A stretch of DNA of 64,000 nt from positions 11,121 through 75,120 of the forward strand of contig CAZHXG010000004.1 of the NCBI GenBank assembly GCA_964536285.1. Reading direction: 5' to 3'. Below are positions 1 through 13,602 of this stretch, in pieces. The translations under genes and the position numbers were made by a program. Each line of letters opens with the position of its first letter. Position 1 is the first letter of the stretch. Below the pieces are notes generated by a model, which was given only the letters and a program-made list of their open reading frames with translations, searched no databases and had not been told where the DNA came from. This stretch comes from an uncultured Bifidobacteriaceae bacterium. GTDB taxonomy: Bacteria > Verrucomicrobiota > Verrucomicrobiia > Limisphaerales > UBA11358.

Positions 1-5
1 ATCCG

Positions 6-535
6 GTGCAATATGTTACGTTGTGGAATTTGAAGAACAAGGCGCCGATTGTCATCCGCCCGATCCGTCCTGAAGACGAGCCGCTCATGGTTTCATTTCA
101 CGAGACGCTGTCGGAAGAGAGCGTCTATCACCGTTATTTCAGCGCGTTGAAATTGTCGCAACGCGTCGCGCACGAACGCCTCACGCGGATTTGTTTCAAC
201 GATTACGACCGTGAAATCGCGCTCGTCGCCGAGTTCAAAGAAATGCGTGACGGCGAGAAAAAAATCCTCGGGGTCGGTCGCTTGAGCAAATTGCACGGTG
301 TGGACGAAGCCGAATTCGCCGTTCTCGTCAGCGATCATTGGCAAGGTCTCGGTCTCGGAACGGAATTGCTCAAGCGGCTCATTCAAGTCGGCCGCGAGGA
401 AAAACTCGACCGGCTCGCCGGTCACATCCTTCCCGAAAACCATGTCATGCAACACATCTGCAAGGAAGTCGGATTCAAAGTCGAATATGACGCCGACGAT
501 CACGATTACACGGCCGAATACACTTTTAAAAAATT

Positions 536-539
<4 letters not shown>
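6..539 (+). CDS. GNAT N-acetyltransferase domain, probably the C-terminal end of a larger ADP-forming acetate--CoA ligase/GNAT (Pat-like) protein whose start lies upstream of the window
   Basis: The frame is open to the window edge. It carries the GNAT acetyl-CoA-binding motif WQGLGLGTELLKRLI. The stop overlaps the nifJ start in an ATGA arrangement. Confidence 0.7.
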
Positions 540-4189
<3,650 letters not shown>

Positions 4190-4203
4190 TTTAAAACCAA
4201 GTT

Positions 4204-5196
4204 ATGGATTTGACCACAAATTATCTGGGTTTGAACCTTCGGACGCCGCTCGTGCCGTCGGCGTCGCCGCTGTCGGAGGAGATTGACAACCTCAAACGGA
4301 TGGAGGACGCGGGCGCGTCGGCGGTGGTGCTTCATTCGCTGTTCGAGGAGCAACTGCGTCAGGACCGCGCCGAGCTGCATCATCATCTGGAGCAGGGCAC
4401 GGAAAGTTTTCCCGAGGCGCTGACTTATTTTCCGGAACCCGGGGAATTTCATCTCGGCCCGGAGGAATATCTCCAGCACATCACGAGGGCGAAGGCCGCG
4501 ACGGAAATTCCCATCATCGCGAGCCTGAATTGTTCGTCCACCGGCGGATGGACGGAATATGCGAAGTTGGTCCAGCAGGCCGGCGCGGACGCGATTGAGC
4601 TGAACATTTACAGCATCCCGACCGACATCAATCTGTCTGGCGCGAAGGTGGAGCAGAACTATCTAGAAATCCTCAAGGCGGTGAAATCGAAGGTGACGAT
4701 CCCGGTCGCGGTGAAATTGAGTCCGTTCTTCAGCAATTTTGCGAACATGGCCAAACAGCTCGACGACGCGGGTGCGAACGGCCTTGTGCTGTTCAACCGG
4801 TTTTATCAGCCGGACATTGACCTCGAAACGCTCGAAGTGAAGCCGAATATTTTATTGAGCACGCCGATGGCGATGCGCCTGCCGCTGCGCTGGATCGCGA
4901 TTCTTTACCGCCGTCTGGACTTGAACCTCGCCGCCACCAGCGGCATCCATCGCGCGCCGGACGTTCTGAAAATGCTCATGGCCGGCGCGGACGTGACGAT
5001 GCTTTGCTCCACGCTTCTTCGCCACGGCATTCCGCAGATCAAAACCATCGAGCGCGACCTCGTCGCGTGGATGGAAGAACACGAATACGAATCGGTCAAC
5101 CAACTCAAAGGAAGTTTGAGCCAGAAAAATTGCGCCGATCCGGCGGAGTTCGAGCGCGCGCAATACATGAAAGCCATTTCCGGCTATTCCGTGTGA
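4204..5196 (+). CDS. Dihydroorotate dehydrogenase-like (class 1 DHOD fold) flavoprotein
   Basis: 330 aa TIM-barrel-like sequence resembling PyrD family members (ELNIYSIP, VAVKLSP, GLVLFNR). It sits 15 nt downstream of nifJ on the same strand. Confidence 0.7.
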   Translation: MDLTTNYLGLNLRTPLVPSASPLSEEIDNLKRMEDAGASAVVLHSLFEEQLRQDRAELHHHLEQGTESFPEALTYFPEPGEFHLGPEEYLQHITRAKAATEIPIIASLNCSSTGGWTEYAKLVQQAGADAIELNIYSIPTDINLSGAKVEQNYLEILKAVKSKVTIPVAVKLSPFFSNFANMAKQLDDAGANGLVLFNRFYQPDIDLETLEVKPNILLSTPMAMRLPLRWIAILYRRLDLNLAATSGIHRAPDVLKMLMAGADVTMLCSTLLRHGIPQIKTIERDLVAWMEEHEYESVNQLKGSLSQKNCADPAEFERAQYMKAISGYSV

Positions 5197-5237
5197 ATCA
5201 AGACAACGATCGCTTAATTTCTTTCAAGCAGCGAAAT

Positions 5238-6137
5238 TTAAAACACTTCCGTTTTCAAACCCGTGATGTTCCGCACGGTCTGGGCGATTTGCGAAAGCGC
5301 CTTCAGAGGCAGATGCCCGCATTCGGCGCGCGACATCGGGCGTGTGGCGGAATAAATCTGGACTAGAGGGATTTGCGCGCCGTTGTTTTTCAATTCCTTG
5401 AGCCGTTGCGCGTATTCCCTGATTTCATCGAAGGACGGTTCCTCGCCGTTGAGGGCGGCGAACAGGCTTTGGATGATCACCGGCCGCTGGCGCGCGAGCG
5501 AAAGGATGTTCGCCAGCAATTTTTCCAGCGAAACGTCCGGCTTGTTGACCTGACTCAAAAAAGTTTGCGTGCCGCCGTCGAGTTTGGCCCAGACTTCGTC
5601 GGACTTTGTGAAATGTTTCAGGCCTTCGCTCACTTGCGGGCGGTCAAGGCCGGTGGCGTTGGTGAACAGGACGATTTTGAAGAAAGGAAATTCTCCCATC
5701 GCGCGAACGCGGATGACGGATTGCACGGCCTCGGAAAAATCCGGCGCGAGTGTCGGCTCTCCATCGCCGCTCAAGGCCACCTGACGAAGCTGCAGGAGTT
5801 CGTCGGGCAACGTTCGGTAATACGAGCGCTCGTGCAATCTTTTTTCATGGACGAATGCGAGCGTCCGGCGCAATTCGACGGCCATGGCGTCCACGTCCAA
5901 TTTTATTTCCCGCGGCTCGCTGCGGTCCACTTCGCAATACACGCAGTCGAAGTTGCAAAGTTTGTCGGGATTCATGTTCACGCCGATCGAAAGACCGCGT
6001 GCGCGCGTGGAAACGACCATGTACACGAACCGGTTGGTCAGGAAATCGCGCGGCTGGCCAAACGCCGTTTCATGCGGCGAAGCGTGCCGTTTCTCGACCG
6101 GTGCCGTCGTCAAAATTTTCTCATCAATGGTTCTCAC
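5238..6137 (-). CDS. Radical SAM protein of unknown function
   Basis: CxxxCxxC motif CNFDCVYCEV near the N-terminus, with GDGEPTL downstream. 299 aa. Confidence 0.8.
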   Translation of the reverse strand: MRTIDEKILTTAPVEKRHASPHETAFGQPRDFLTNRFVYMVVSTRARGLSIGVNMNPDKLCNFDCVYCEVDRSEPREIKLDVDAMAVELRRTLAFVHEKRLHERSYYRTLPDELLQLRQVALSGDGEPTLAPDFSEAVQSVIRVRAMGEFPFFKIVLFTNATGLDRPQVSEGLKHFTKSDEVWAKLDGGTQTFLSQVNKPDVSLEKLLANILSLARQRPVIIQSLFAALNGEEPSFDEIREYAQRLKELKNNGAQIPLVQIYSATRPMSRAECGHLPLKALSQIAQTVRNITGLKTEVF

Positions 6138-6341
6138 GGTTCTTGATTGAAGTTAGAACCGAAGCGGCGTTGTCACTACACGGTCATTGTCAAATTGCAG
6201 TCGTATCTTGCCGCCGCATTTGGCCGGTTTTTAGGTGGTCAGAAGCGGTTTGATTTCCCCCTATTTTGCCAAACTCGCGGTGTATTTTGGCAAATCGGGC
6301 ATTGGGCGTGGAGTTAATCCGCGCTTCGTGTATTTTTCTAC

Positions 6342-7154
6342 ATGAGTGCAAAAGGTTTTCCTATGACTGAAAAAAGTGATCGAACAGCGTGGCTCAAAGG
6401 CGGCGATGCCCGTTGCCTGATTCCGCCGCGCAAACCTGTGGGACAAACATGGAGGCTGGTGCTGCTAGGCGCGCCCGGCGTCGGCAAGGGAACGCAGGCG
6501 GATTTGTTGAGCGAACGGCTCGGCGCTTGTCATTTGTCCACCGGCGATGTTTTCCGCGCCGCAAAATGTCAGGAGGATGGTGAGCGCTCTCCTGCAACGA
6601 AAATCGCGCTCGACTCGATGCGGCGCGGAGACCTTGTTTCCGATGAAATCGTCTTGGCGCTGGTGCGCGAACGTTTGCGCTGCCTGCGCTGTTCGGGCGG
6701 CTTTTTGCTCGACGGCTTTCCGCGCACCGTTGCGCAGGCGCAGGCGCTGGAAGATTTGTTGCAAAAAGAGCAAATAGATTTGACCGCAGTGTTCAATTAC
6801 GAATTGCCGCAAGAGCAGTTGATCGAACGCTTAAGCGGACGGCGCACCTGCGAAAAATGCAAATCCGTTTTTCACGTGACGAGCCTTCCGCCGCGCATGA
6901 AGGATGTTTGCGATTATTGTGGCGGAAAACTTTTTCAGCGGGAGGATGACCGGCCGGAATCCGTCCGGGTGCGGATGCAGGCTTACGAGCGGAGCACCCG
7001 GCCGCTGATTGATTTTTATCAAAAACGCGGATTGCTTGTCATGATTCAAGCGGCTGGCACGCCGGAAGAAACTTATCATCGAACCCTGATGCTCATGCGC
7101 GCTCAACAAATCCTCGGCAATTGCTCGCCGGTGGCCATGTCTAACACGCGCTGA
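6342..7154 (+). CDS. adk: Adenylate kinase with zinc-lid
   Basis: P-loop [12 protein letters not shown] and lid cysteines CEKC...CDYC. The start is uncertain: a GTG at 6438 would give the canonical [15 protein letters not shown]-terminus. The 3' end overlaps the convergent hypE by about 50 nt. Confidence 0.88.
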   Translation: MSAKGFPMTEKSDRTAWLKGGDARCLIPPRKPVGQTWRLVLLGAPGVGKGTQADLLSERLGACHLSTGDVFRAAKCQEDGERSPATKIALDSMRRGDLVSDEIVLALVRERLRCLRCSGGFLLDGFPRTVAQAQALEDLLQKEQIDLTAVFNYELPQEQLIERLSGRRTCEKCKSVFHVTSLPPRMKDVCDYCGGKLFQREDDRPESVRVRMQAYERSTRPLIDFYQKRGLLVMIQAAGTPEETYHRTLMLMRAQQILGNCSPVAMSNTR

Positions 7155-8161
7155 ACACCCACGAGACTTTTCAGCAAAACTTTTGCATGGCGCTGGTCGC
7201 TCACCTTGCCGATCGCGCAGGCGCTTTCGCCATTCGGACCCGCCCGCAGGACGGCTAATGCCCGTTCGGCGTCCCGCGCCGGGATGAACGCGGCAAATCT
7301 TCCTTCGCACGCGACTTGAAACGGATCGAGCCCGAGAATTTCACACGCGGCATGAACGTCTTCGCGCACCGGAATCAATTTTTCTTCAACTAAGAAAGTC
7401 AGTTTGACCGCCTCGGAAATTTCGTTGAGCGCGCTGGTCAGGCCGCCTCGCGTCAAGTCGCGCAGGCAATGGATTTCAATTCCAGCTTTAAGCAATTGTA
7501 AAACAGTTTCGTGAACCGGCGCGGAGTCGCTTTCGATTTGGCTCTCAAATTCCAAGCCTTCGCGCACGGCCATGATGGCCATGCCGTGCCGCCCCAAATC
7601 GCCGCTGACCAGAATCACGTCGCCAGATTCAACATTTTGCGGTGCGATTTTTTGCTCGTGCGCGACGACGCCGATGCCCGCCGTGTTGATGAACAGTCCG
7701 TCGCCTTTGCCTTTGTCCACGACCTTCGTGTCGCCGGTGATGATTTGCACGCCGCATTTTTTCGCCGCGTCGCGCATCGAACACACGACGCGCCACAAAG
7801 TTTCCATCGGCAGACCTTCTTCCAAAATAAATCCCGCGCTCAAGTAAAGAGGTCGCGCCCCGGCCATCGCCAGATCGTTCACGGTTCCATGCACCGCCAT
7901 CGAACCGACATCGCCACCGGGAAAAAACAGCGGGCGCACGACGTAGGAATCCGTCGTGAACGCAATTTTCTTTCCAGTCAATTCTACAACCGCGGCGTCG
8001 TGCTGCGTTTCAAGCAGCGGATTTTTGAAGGCCGCCAGAAACATTTTGCCGATGAGATCGTGCATCAACTTGCCGCCGCCGCCGTGCGCGAGCAGCACTT
8101 GTGGATAATTCCGGATCGGGAACGGACAAGCCGGCGCGAAATCTTTTTTCCCTTCGCTCAT
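7103..8161 (-). CDS. hypE: Hydrogenase maturation protein HypE (carbamoyl dehydratase)
   Basis: 352 aa PurM-like fold sequence ending in the diagnostic C-terminal PRIC motif. The start overlaps the hypD stop by 4 nt. Confidence 0.95.
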   Translation of the reverse strand: MSEGKKDFAPACPFPIRNYPQVLLAHGGGGKLMHDLIGKMFLAAFKNPLLETQHDAAVVELTGKKIAFTTDSYVVRPLFFPGGDVGSMAVHGTVNDLAMAGARPLYLSAGFILEEGLPMETLWRVVCSMRDAAKKCGVQIITGDTKVVDKGKGDGLFINTAGIGVVAHEQKIAPQNVESGDVILVSGDLGRHGMAIMAVREGLEFESQIESDSAPVHETVLQLLKAGIEIHCLRDLTRGGLTSALNEISEAVKLTFLVEEKLIPVREDVHAACEILGLDPFQVACEGRFAAFIPARDAERALAVLRAGPNGESACAIGKVSDQRHAKVLLKSLVGVQRVLDMATGEQLPRIC

Positions 8162-9276
8162 GATTTTTTGTCGGCTGCGTCTTCGACCAACTCATGCCGG
8201 CGATAGCGGTAATATGCCGCGCACGCGCCTTCGCTCGAAACCATCGTCGCGCCGAGCGGATGTTCCGGCGTGCATTTTGTTCCGAAGGCAGGGCATTCGT
8301 GAGGTTTGATTTGCCCTTGTAAAACAAGGCCGCTCAAGCACTCGGAAGGTTCCTCGACGCGAAGTTCCGCCACGCCGAATTTTTTTTCAGCGTCGAATGC
8401 CATATAAGCTTCACTCAATCCCAATCCGCTCTGCGGAATTTCGCCAACGCCGCGCCATTTGCGCGGAACGATCTGAAAAACTTCGCGGATGAGTTGTTGC
8501 GCCGGCAGATTGCCTTCGCGTCGAACGGAACGGCTGTATTGGTTTTCAACCTCGGCGCGGCCGGATTCCAGTTGTTGCACGACCATCAGCACGCCTTGCA
8601 AAATGTCCATCGGCTCGAAACCGGTGACGACAATCGGCACATGATATTTTTTCGCGATGGGAAAATATTCCTCGAAGCCCATCACCGTGCAGACGTGGCC
8701 GGCAGCGAGAAATCCCTGCACGCGGCAGTTCGGCGACGACATCAGCGCCTCCATCGCCGGCGGCACGAGCACGTGCGACACGAGCAGCGAAAAATTCTTC
8801 AAGTTTTTTTTGGCTGCTTGATAAACCGTCATCGCCGTCGCGGGCGCGGTCGTCTCAAAACCGACGCCGAAGAAAACGATTTCCTTCGTTGGATTTTGTT
8901 CGGCGAGTTTCAGGGTGTCGAGCGGCGAATAAACGATCCGCACGTCGCCGCCGCTGGCTTTGACGGACAGCAGATCCGTCGTGCTGCCCGGCACGCGCAG
9001 CATATCGCCGAATGAACAAAAAATCACGTTGGGCCGCGCGGCGATTTCCAGCGCCTTGTCAATCAGCTCGACGGCCGTGACACAAACCGGGCAGCCGGGT
9101 CCGTGAATCAGATTGATTTGCTTCGGCAAAAGTTCGTCGAGACCGAACTTGACGATGGCGTGCGTCTGGCCGCCGCAGACTTCCATGATCGACCACGGCT
9201 TCGTGGTGACGCGATGGATTTCGCGCGCGAGCTGACGCGCAAATTCCGCGTCACGATATTCGTCCAGAAATTTCAT
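8158..9276 (-). CDS. hypD: Hydrogenase maturation protein HypD
   Basis: 372 aa with the GPGCPVCV motif. 4-nt overlap with hypC. Confidence 0.95.
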   Translation of the reverse strand: MKFLDEYRDAEFARQLAREIHRVTTKPWSIMEVCGGQTHAIVKFGLDELLPKQINLIHGPGCPVCVTAVELIDKALEIAARPNVIFCSFGDMLRVPGSTTDLLSVKASGGDVRIVYSPLDTLKLAEQNPTKEIVFFGVGFETTAPATAMTVYQAAKKNLKNFSLLVSHVLVPPAMEALMSSPNCRVQGFLAAGHVCTVMGFEEYFPIAKKYHVPIVVTGFEPMDILQGVLMVVQQLESGRAEVENQYSRSVRREGNLPAQQLIREVFQIVPRKWRGVGEIPQSGLGLSEAYMAFDAEKKFGVAELRVEEPSECLSGLVLQGQIKPHECPAFGTKCTPEHPLGATMVSSEGACAAYYRYRRHELVEDAADKKS

Positions 9277-9527
9277 GGCCCGCCTTCCTTCAACTCACTC
9301 AAGTCCTCCATCTGTTTCAGATACTCGAAAACTTTTTGCGCCTCATCCTCATCCAGTCGGCTGATGGCAAAGCCGACGTGAACAATGACATAATCGCCGA
9401 CCTTCGCCTCGGGCACGTAGGCCAGATTTGCCTGCTTGAGAATGCCGCCGAAATCAATTTTGCCGACGCGTTCCAGCGGATCTTCACCGCTGATGCTCAC
9501 AATTTTTCCTGGAATGGCTAGGCACAT
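9273..9527 (-). CDS. hypC: Hydrogenase assembly chaperone HypC/HupF
   Basis: 84 aa starting [10 protein letters not shown], the conserved N-terminal Cys2 motif. Confidence 0.93.
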   Translation of the reverse strand: MCLAIPGKIVSISGEDPLERVGKIDFGGILKQANLAYVPEAKVGDYVIVHVGFAISRLDEDEAQKVFEYLKQMEDLSELKEGGP

Positions 9528-9536
9528 CGTTAAAGG

Positions 9537-11855
9537 CTACTTCTTATCGCGCATCGCCGCAACAACTTGACCAAGAGCGATGCCGCCGTCGTTTGGCGGC
9601 ACACGTTGATGCCAATACGGTTTGAATTTTTCTTCGCGCAAACGTTTGACGGCGCGCTCTGTCAGATAACGATTTTGAAAACAACCGCCCGAAAGAACGA
9701 TGCGCGGCTCGCTAAATTTTTTTGCGATTTCGACAATCGCTTCAACGAGTGCGTTGTGAAATTTTGCAGAAATCTCGCTGACGGAAACGCCGCGTTTTAC
9801 ATCGGACAAAATTTCCTCAACCATCAACGACCAATCCAAAACAATTTCGGATTTGGTGGGGCGAGCGTCCTCGCGAGCCATAATTGAAAATTCGTAAGCT
9901 TCGTCGGTCTCAATTCCATCGAGTGCAAATTCCAATTCCATCGCCGCCTGTCCTTCAAAGCGCATGGTTTGATGCAAGCCAATCAGCGAAGCGACGGCGT
10001 CAAACAAACGTCCGGCGCTGGAAGTGAGCGGTGAATTGATTTTATTTTTCAACATTGTTTTCAGTGCGGCCAGTTCTGTTTTGGAAAATGCGGCAACCGT
10101 TGGAATCTTTCCTTGTCCAAAAATTGTGTCGCCAAAAATCTCATAGAGCAATCCGAGCGCGGAACGGCGCGGTTCTTTTACGGCCTTGTCGCCGCCGGGC
10201 AACCGGAACGGGCGCAAATGCCCAATGCGCTCAATTTTTTCGTTTGTTACGAGGAAAAATTCGCCGCCCCAAATCGTGCCGTCGAGTCCGTAGCCCGTGC
10301 CGTCCCACGAAACGCCGAGCGCCGGCGGTTCAAGTTCATTTTCCGCCATGCATGAAAGCACATGGGCGATGTGGTGTTGGACGCCGATGTGTTTGGGGAT
10401 TTCCAATTCGTCAGCAAATTTCGTCGAGAGATAATCCGGATGCAAATCGGCGGCGACAATTTCCGGTTTAGTTTCGTAAAGTTTTTCAAAGTCGGCGATC
10501 ACACGACGAAAAGCGTTGTTCGCCGGTTCAGTTTCCAGATCACCGATATGCTGGCTGATGAAAACCTGATGGCCGACCGAAAGTGCGACGGCATTTTTCA
10601 AATGCGCGCCGACGGCCAGAACAGATTGGGAATCCGGAGCCGAAATTTTAGAATTCAAAACGACCGGCAATGGCGCGTATCCGCGCGCGCGGCGCAAAAC
10701 CATTTCGCGATTGAGCATCACGCGCACGATGGAATCGTCCACGTGACGGACAATCGGACGATCATGAACCAAAAACAGATCGGCGATGCCGCGCAATCGT
10801 TCGAGCGCCTCGCGTTCATCCGTGCAAATCGGTTCGTCGCTCAAATTGCCGCTCGTGGCAGCGACAGGAAAATTCAGTTCGGCCAGAAGTAGATGATGAA
10901 GCGGCGTGTAAGGCAACATCGCGCCGAGGCTGGGATTGTTCGGTGCGACTGAATTTGCGATTTGCGATTTTTTGTTCGCGATTTTTTTCAACAAAACAAT
11001 CGGAGCTTCGGGCGAGCGCAGCAAACGTTCTTCCAGCGGCGAAACTTCGCAAACGGATTTCACGCTTTTGAGCGATGGAAACATGAGAGCGAGCGGTTTT
11101 TCTTCGCGATGTTTTCGTTTGCGCAAGCGTTGGACGGCGGCTTCGTTGTTCGCGGCGACCATCAAATGAAATCCGCCGAGTCCTTTGACCGCCACGATTT
11201 TGCCGCGACGAATTGCGTTTGCGGCGGCGAGCAATGTTTCGTTGCGTCCGAATAACGCTTCGCAGTTTGAATCCCAAAGTTCCAAATGCGGCCCGCAAAC
11301 CGGACACGCATTCGGCTGTGCGTGGAAACGGCGGTCGCGCGGGTCGTCATATTCGGCCTGACATTCGGGGCACATCGCGAATTTTTTCATCGAGGTGTTG
11401 GCGCGATCGTAAGGGAGCGATTCGATGATGCTAAAACGCGGGCCGCAGTTCGTGCAGTTGGTGAACGGATAAGCATGCCGACGGTTTTTTGGATTGAAAA
11501 TTTCGCGAAGACAATCGGAGCAAGTGGCGATGTCCGGCAAAATGAGTGCGGTTTTGCCGCCGGAATCTTCACTTTTCCGGATCTCAAACTTTTTGTAGCC
11601 GACAGCATCGAGCCATGTCGCTTCCAAACTTTGAATGAAACTGCGCGGCGGCTTTTCGTTTTCAAGCTGCAACAGGAATTTTTCCAATTTGATTCGCGGG
11701 CCTTCGGCTTCGATGAAGACGCCCTGCGGAGAATTGTTGACCCAGCCTTTCAAGCCGAGTCCGGTGGCCAGACGAAAAATAAAGGGTCGGAAGCCGACGC
11801 CTTGCACCGCGCCGCGAACGGCGATCTTCAATCGCGTTGCCGGCGGAGTTTTCAT
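9537..11855 (-). CDS. hypF: Carbamoyltransferase HypF
   Basis: 772 aa. N-terminal acylphosphatase-like VQGVGFRPF, two CxxC zinc-finger pairs (CSDC...CTNCGPRFS, CPEC...CPVCGP), then YrdC-like and Kae1-like regions. Confidence 0.95.
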   Translation of the reverse strand: MKTPPATRLKIAVRGAVQGVGFRPFIFRLATGLGLKGWVNNSPQGVFIEAEGPRIKLEKFLLQLENEKPPRSFIQSLEATWLDAVGYKKFEIRKSEDSGGKTALILPDIATCSDCLREIFNPKNRRHAYPFTNCTNCGPRFSIIESLPYDRANTSMKKFAMCPECQAEYDDPRDRRFHAQPNACPVCGPHLELWDSNCEALFGRNETLLAAANAIRRGKIVAVKGLGGFHLMVAANNEAAVQRLRKRKHREEKPLALMFPSLKSVKSVCEVSPLEERLLRSPEAPIVLLKKIANKKSQIANSVAPNNPSLGAMLPYTPLHHLLLAELNFPVAATSGNLSDEPICTDEREALERLRGIADLFLVHDRPIVRHVDDSIVRVMLNREMVLRRARGYAPLPVVLNSKISAPDSQSVLAVGAHLKNAVALSVGHQVFISQHIGDLETEPANNAFRRVIADFEKLYETKPEIVAADLHPDYLSTKFADELEIPKHIGVQHHIAHVLSCMAENELEPPALGVSWDGTGYGLDGTIWGGEFFLVTNEKIERIGHLRPFRLPGGDKAVKEPRRSALGLLYEIFGDTIFGQGKIPTVAAFSKTELAALKTMLKNKINSPLTSSAGRLFDAVASLIGLHQTMRFEGQAAMELEFALDGIETDEAYEFSIMAREDARPTKSEIVLDWSLMVEEILSDVKRGVSVSEISAKFHNALVEAIVEIAKKFSEPRIVLSGGCFQNRYLTERAVKRLREEKFKPYWHQRVPPNDGGIALGQVVAAMRDKK

Positions 11856-11864
11856 GAAATCCTT

Positions 11865-12212
11865 TCAGCGTTCGATCTCGAAACCGAGCAGAAGCATGTC
11901 GGTCGGGTTGACGGCCTTGAGGTCGAGCGATTGGCATTTGGGACATTCGTCCGGCAGATGATGAGTCTCGAATTCGTGGCCGCATTTCTGGCAGCGCACC
12001 AGCGGTTCGACTTCTGTCAACTCAAGCTCGGCGTCTTTGGTGAGAGGATGTTCTTTTTTGACGATGTCAAAACTGAAGCGGACGTGATCGCCGCTGTGGC
12101 TGGTGAGCGCGTTGGCGCGGATTTTGACGAGCTTCACGCGTTTGGCTTTTTGCGCGGCGGCCTGTTTTTCGACCGCGTCGAGTATCGCGCGAACAAGATG
12201 GACTTCATGCAT
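11865..12212 (-). CDS. hypA: Hydrogenase nickel insertion protein HypA
   Basis: 115 aa with the N-terminal MHE motif (MHEVHLV) and zinc-site cysteines CQKC...CPKC. Confidence 0.92.
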   Translation of the reverse strand: MHEVHLVRAILDAVEKQAAAQKAKRVKLVKIRANALTSHSGDHVRFSFDIVKKEHPLTKDAELELTEVEPLVRCQKCGHEFETHHLPDECPKCQSLDLKAVNPTDMLLLGFEIER

Positions 12213-12231
12213 AAAATTCTTTCTATCCTAT

Positions 12232-12699
12232 TTATGCAGCTTGCGCGGCGATGCTGCAAATTTTTTCGACGGCTACGTTAAAACCGCGACGGGCGACGGG
12301 TGACAATTCGTCGCCGAATCCAAAATCTTCAACCGGAATCGTCAGCCACCAAGCCGGCGGGCAATAGCCGAAAACTTCGTGCGCAAGTGCGAGCAGGGAA
12401 TGTGGATTCGCCGCGTGGGCCATGACATTGACGGTTTCATCCGGCTTGAGCTTGAGCGTTTGGACTTCTTTCGAAGCGAGCGTTGCGGCATCCACAAAAA
12501 TCACCCGGCTCGAATGTGAAATCGGGTCGGCTAGTTCGGGAGTCAGTTGATGGCAGATGTGGATGCGAACTCCGGGAAGATTCATTTTGGCGACCGCGGC
12601 GGCGACCTTCGGGCCGACTCCGTCGTCACGGCGCAATTCGTTGCCGTAGCCGATGACGAGCAGGCCGGCGGTTGGAGGTTGTGATTCTTTTTTATTCAC
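12232..12699 (-). CDS. hoxW: Hydrogenase maturation endopeptidase (HoxW/HybD family)
   Basis: 155 aa with GYGNELRRDDGVGPKVA, typical of the large-subunit C-terminal processing proteases. Confidence 0.88.
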   Translation of the reverse strand: MNKKESQPPTAGLLVIGYGNELRRDDGVGPKVAAAVAKMNLPGVRIHICHQLTPELADPISHSSRVIFVDAATLASKEVQTLKLKPDETVNVMAHAANPHSLLALAHEVFGYCPPAWWLTIPVEDFGFGDELSPVARRGFNVAVEKICSIAAQAA

Positions 12700-12708
12700 G
12701 TTATGAGC

Positions 12709-13602
12709 TTAAACATTTTTTCCCTGTATGCCAACTTCATCGGCAGGCGCATGACTGTATGTCAGATCGCGGGGCAACAATAATGCGGTGAGCAGCCAAC
12801 CATAGGTAAGGGAATCCAAAAGCAGTTCGACGCTGTGGACGCTTCGCAGCGTCCACGGCATCCAGAATGCCTGCATCAATCCGTAAAGCCCGGAAACGAC
12901 AAACAGGTTCAAGCCGAACGTCCAGCCAAACCGTCGTCGCGAACCCGACCAGGCAACCAAAATGGGCAACGCGGCCAGCAAAGCGAAAATGCTGCGGATG
13001 GACTGCACTCCGAGGAGAGCCAGCAACGAGGACGGAAGCCGAAGGCCGAACTCGTGGTTGCGATAACTGTCCGAGACAATCAATCCGACCGGCATGCCGA
13101 AAACGAAATACACGATTGGAAAGGCAAGCACGACCACCGACAGCCGGAGTGTCCATTGAGCGGACGTTCGATTGGCGAAAAATTGGCGGAGGTCGCTGGA
13201 AAATGTCGTCCCAGATTTTCTGCCATTGAAAAGCAGCACGATCGCGCCGGCCACAGACAAAGACAGAAACAGCATGGTAACGGCCGACAAAGTTTCGCCA
13301 CCGATGGTGGTGAAGACATGCGCCTCAATGCCGTTGTTGATTCCCATCCACGCGTAAACGAACCAGGCGACGACCGCAAAGCGTGTCCAGCGGTTTCCTC
13401 CAAGCCGGCGCGACAATTCGGCGAGCGCCATTGCGACTACAACTCCAGAGGCGAGAGCATAATAGCCGAACACCCGCATGTCCAAAGGCTCGGGGAATTT
13501 TGGCTGCTCCAATCCCAACGCGGTTGAGAACATGCCGCCGGCCATCGTGCCAGCCACCAGACTCAACGTGCACAGAAAAATTTTTCCGATATATTTGATC
13601 AT
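12709..13602 (-). CDS. Polytopic membrane protein of unknown function
   Basis: 297 aa with about 8 hydrophobic segments. The start overlaps the stop of the upstream kinase gene (ATGA), and the gene ends 9 nt before hoxW. Confidence 0.6.
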   Translation of the reverse strand: MIKYIGKIFLCTLSLVAGTMAGGMFSTALGLEQPKFPEPLDMRVFGYYALASGVVVAMALAELSRRLGGNRWTRFAVVAWFVYAWMGINNGIEAHVFTTIGGETLSAVTMLFLSLSVAGAIVLLFNGRKSGTTFSSDLRQFFANRTSAQWTLRLSVVVLAFPIVYFVFGMPVGLIVSDSYRNHEFGLRLPSSLLALLGVQSIRSIFALLAALPILVAWSGSRRRFGWTFGLNLFVVSGLYGLMQAFWMPWTLRSVHSVELLLDSLTYGWLLTALLLPRDLTYSHAPADEVGIQGKNV

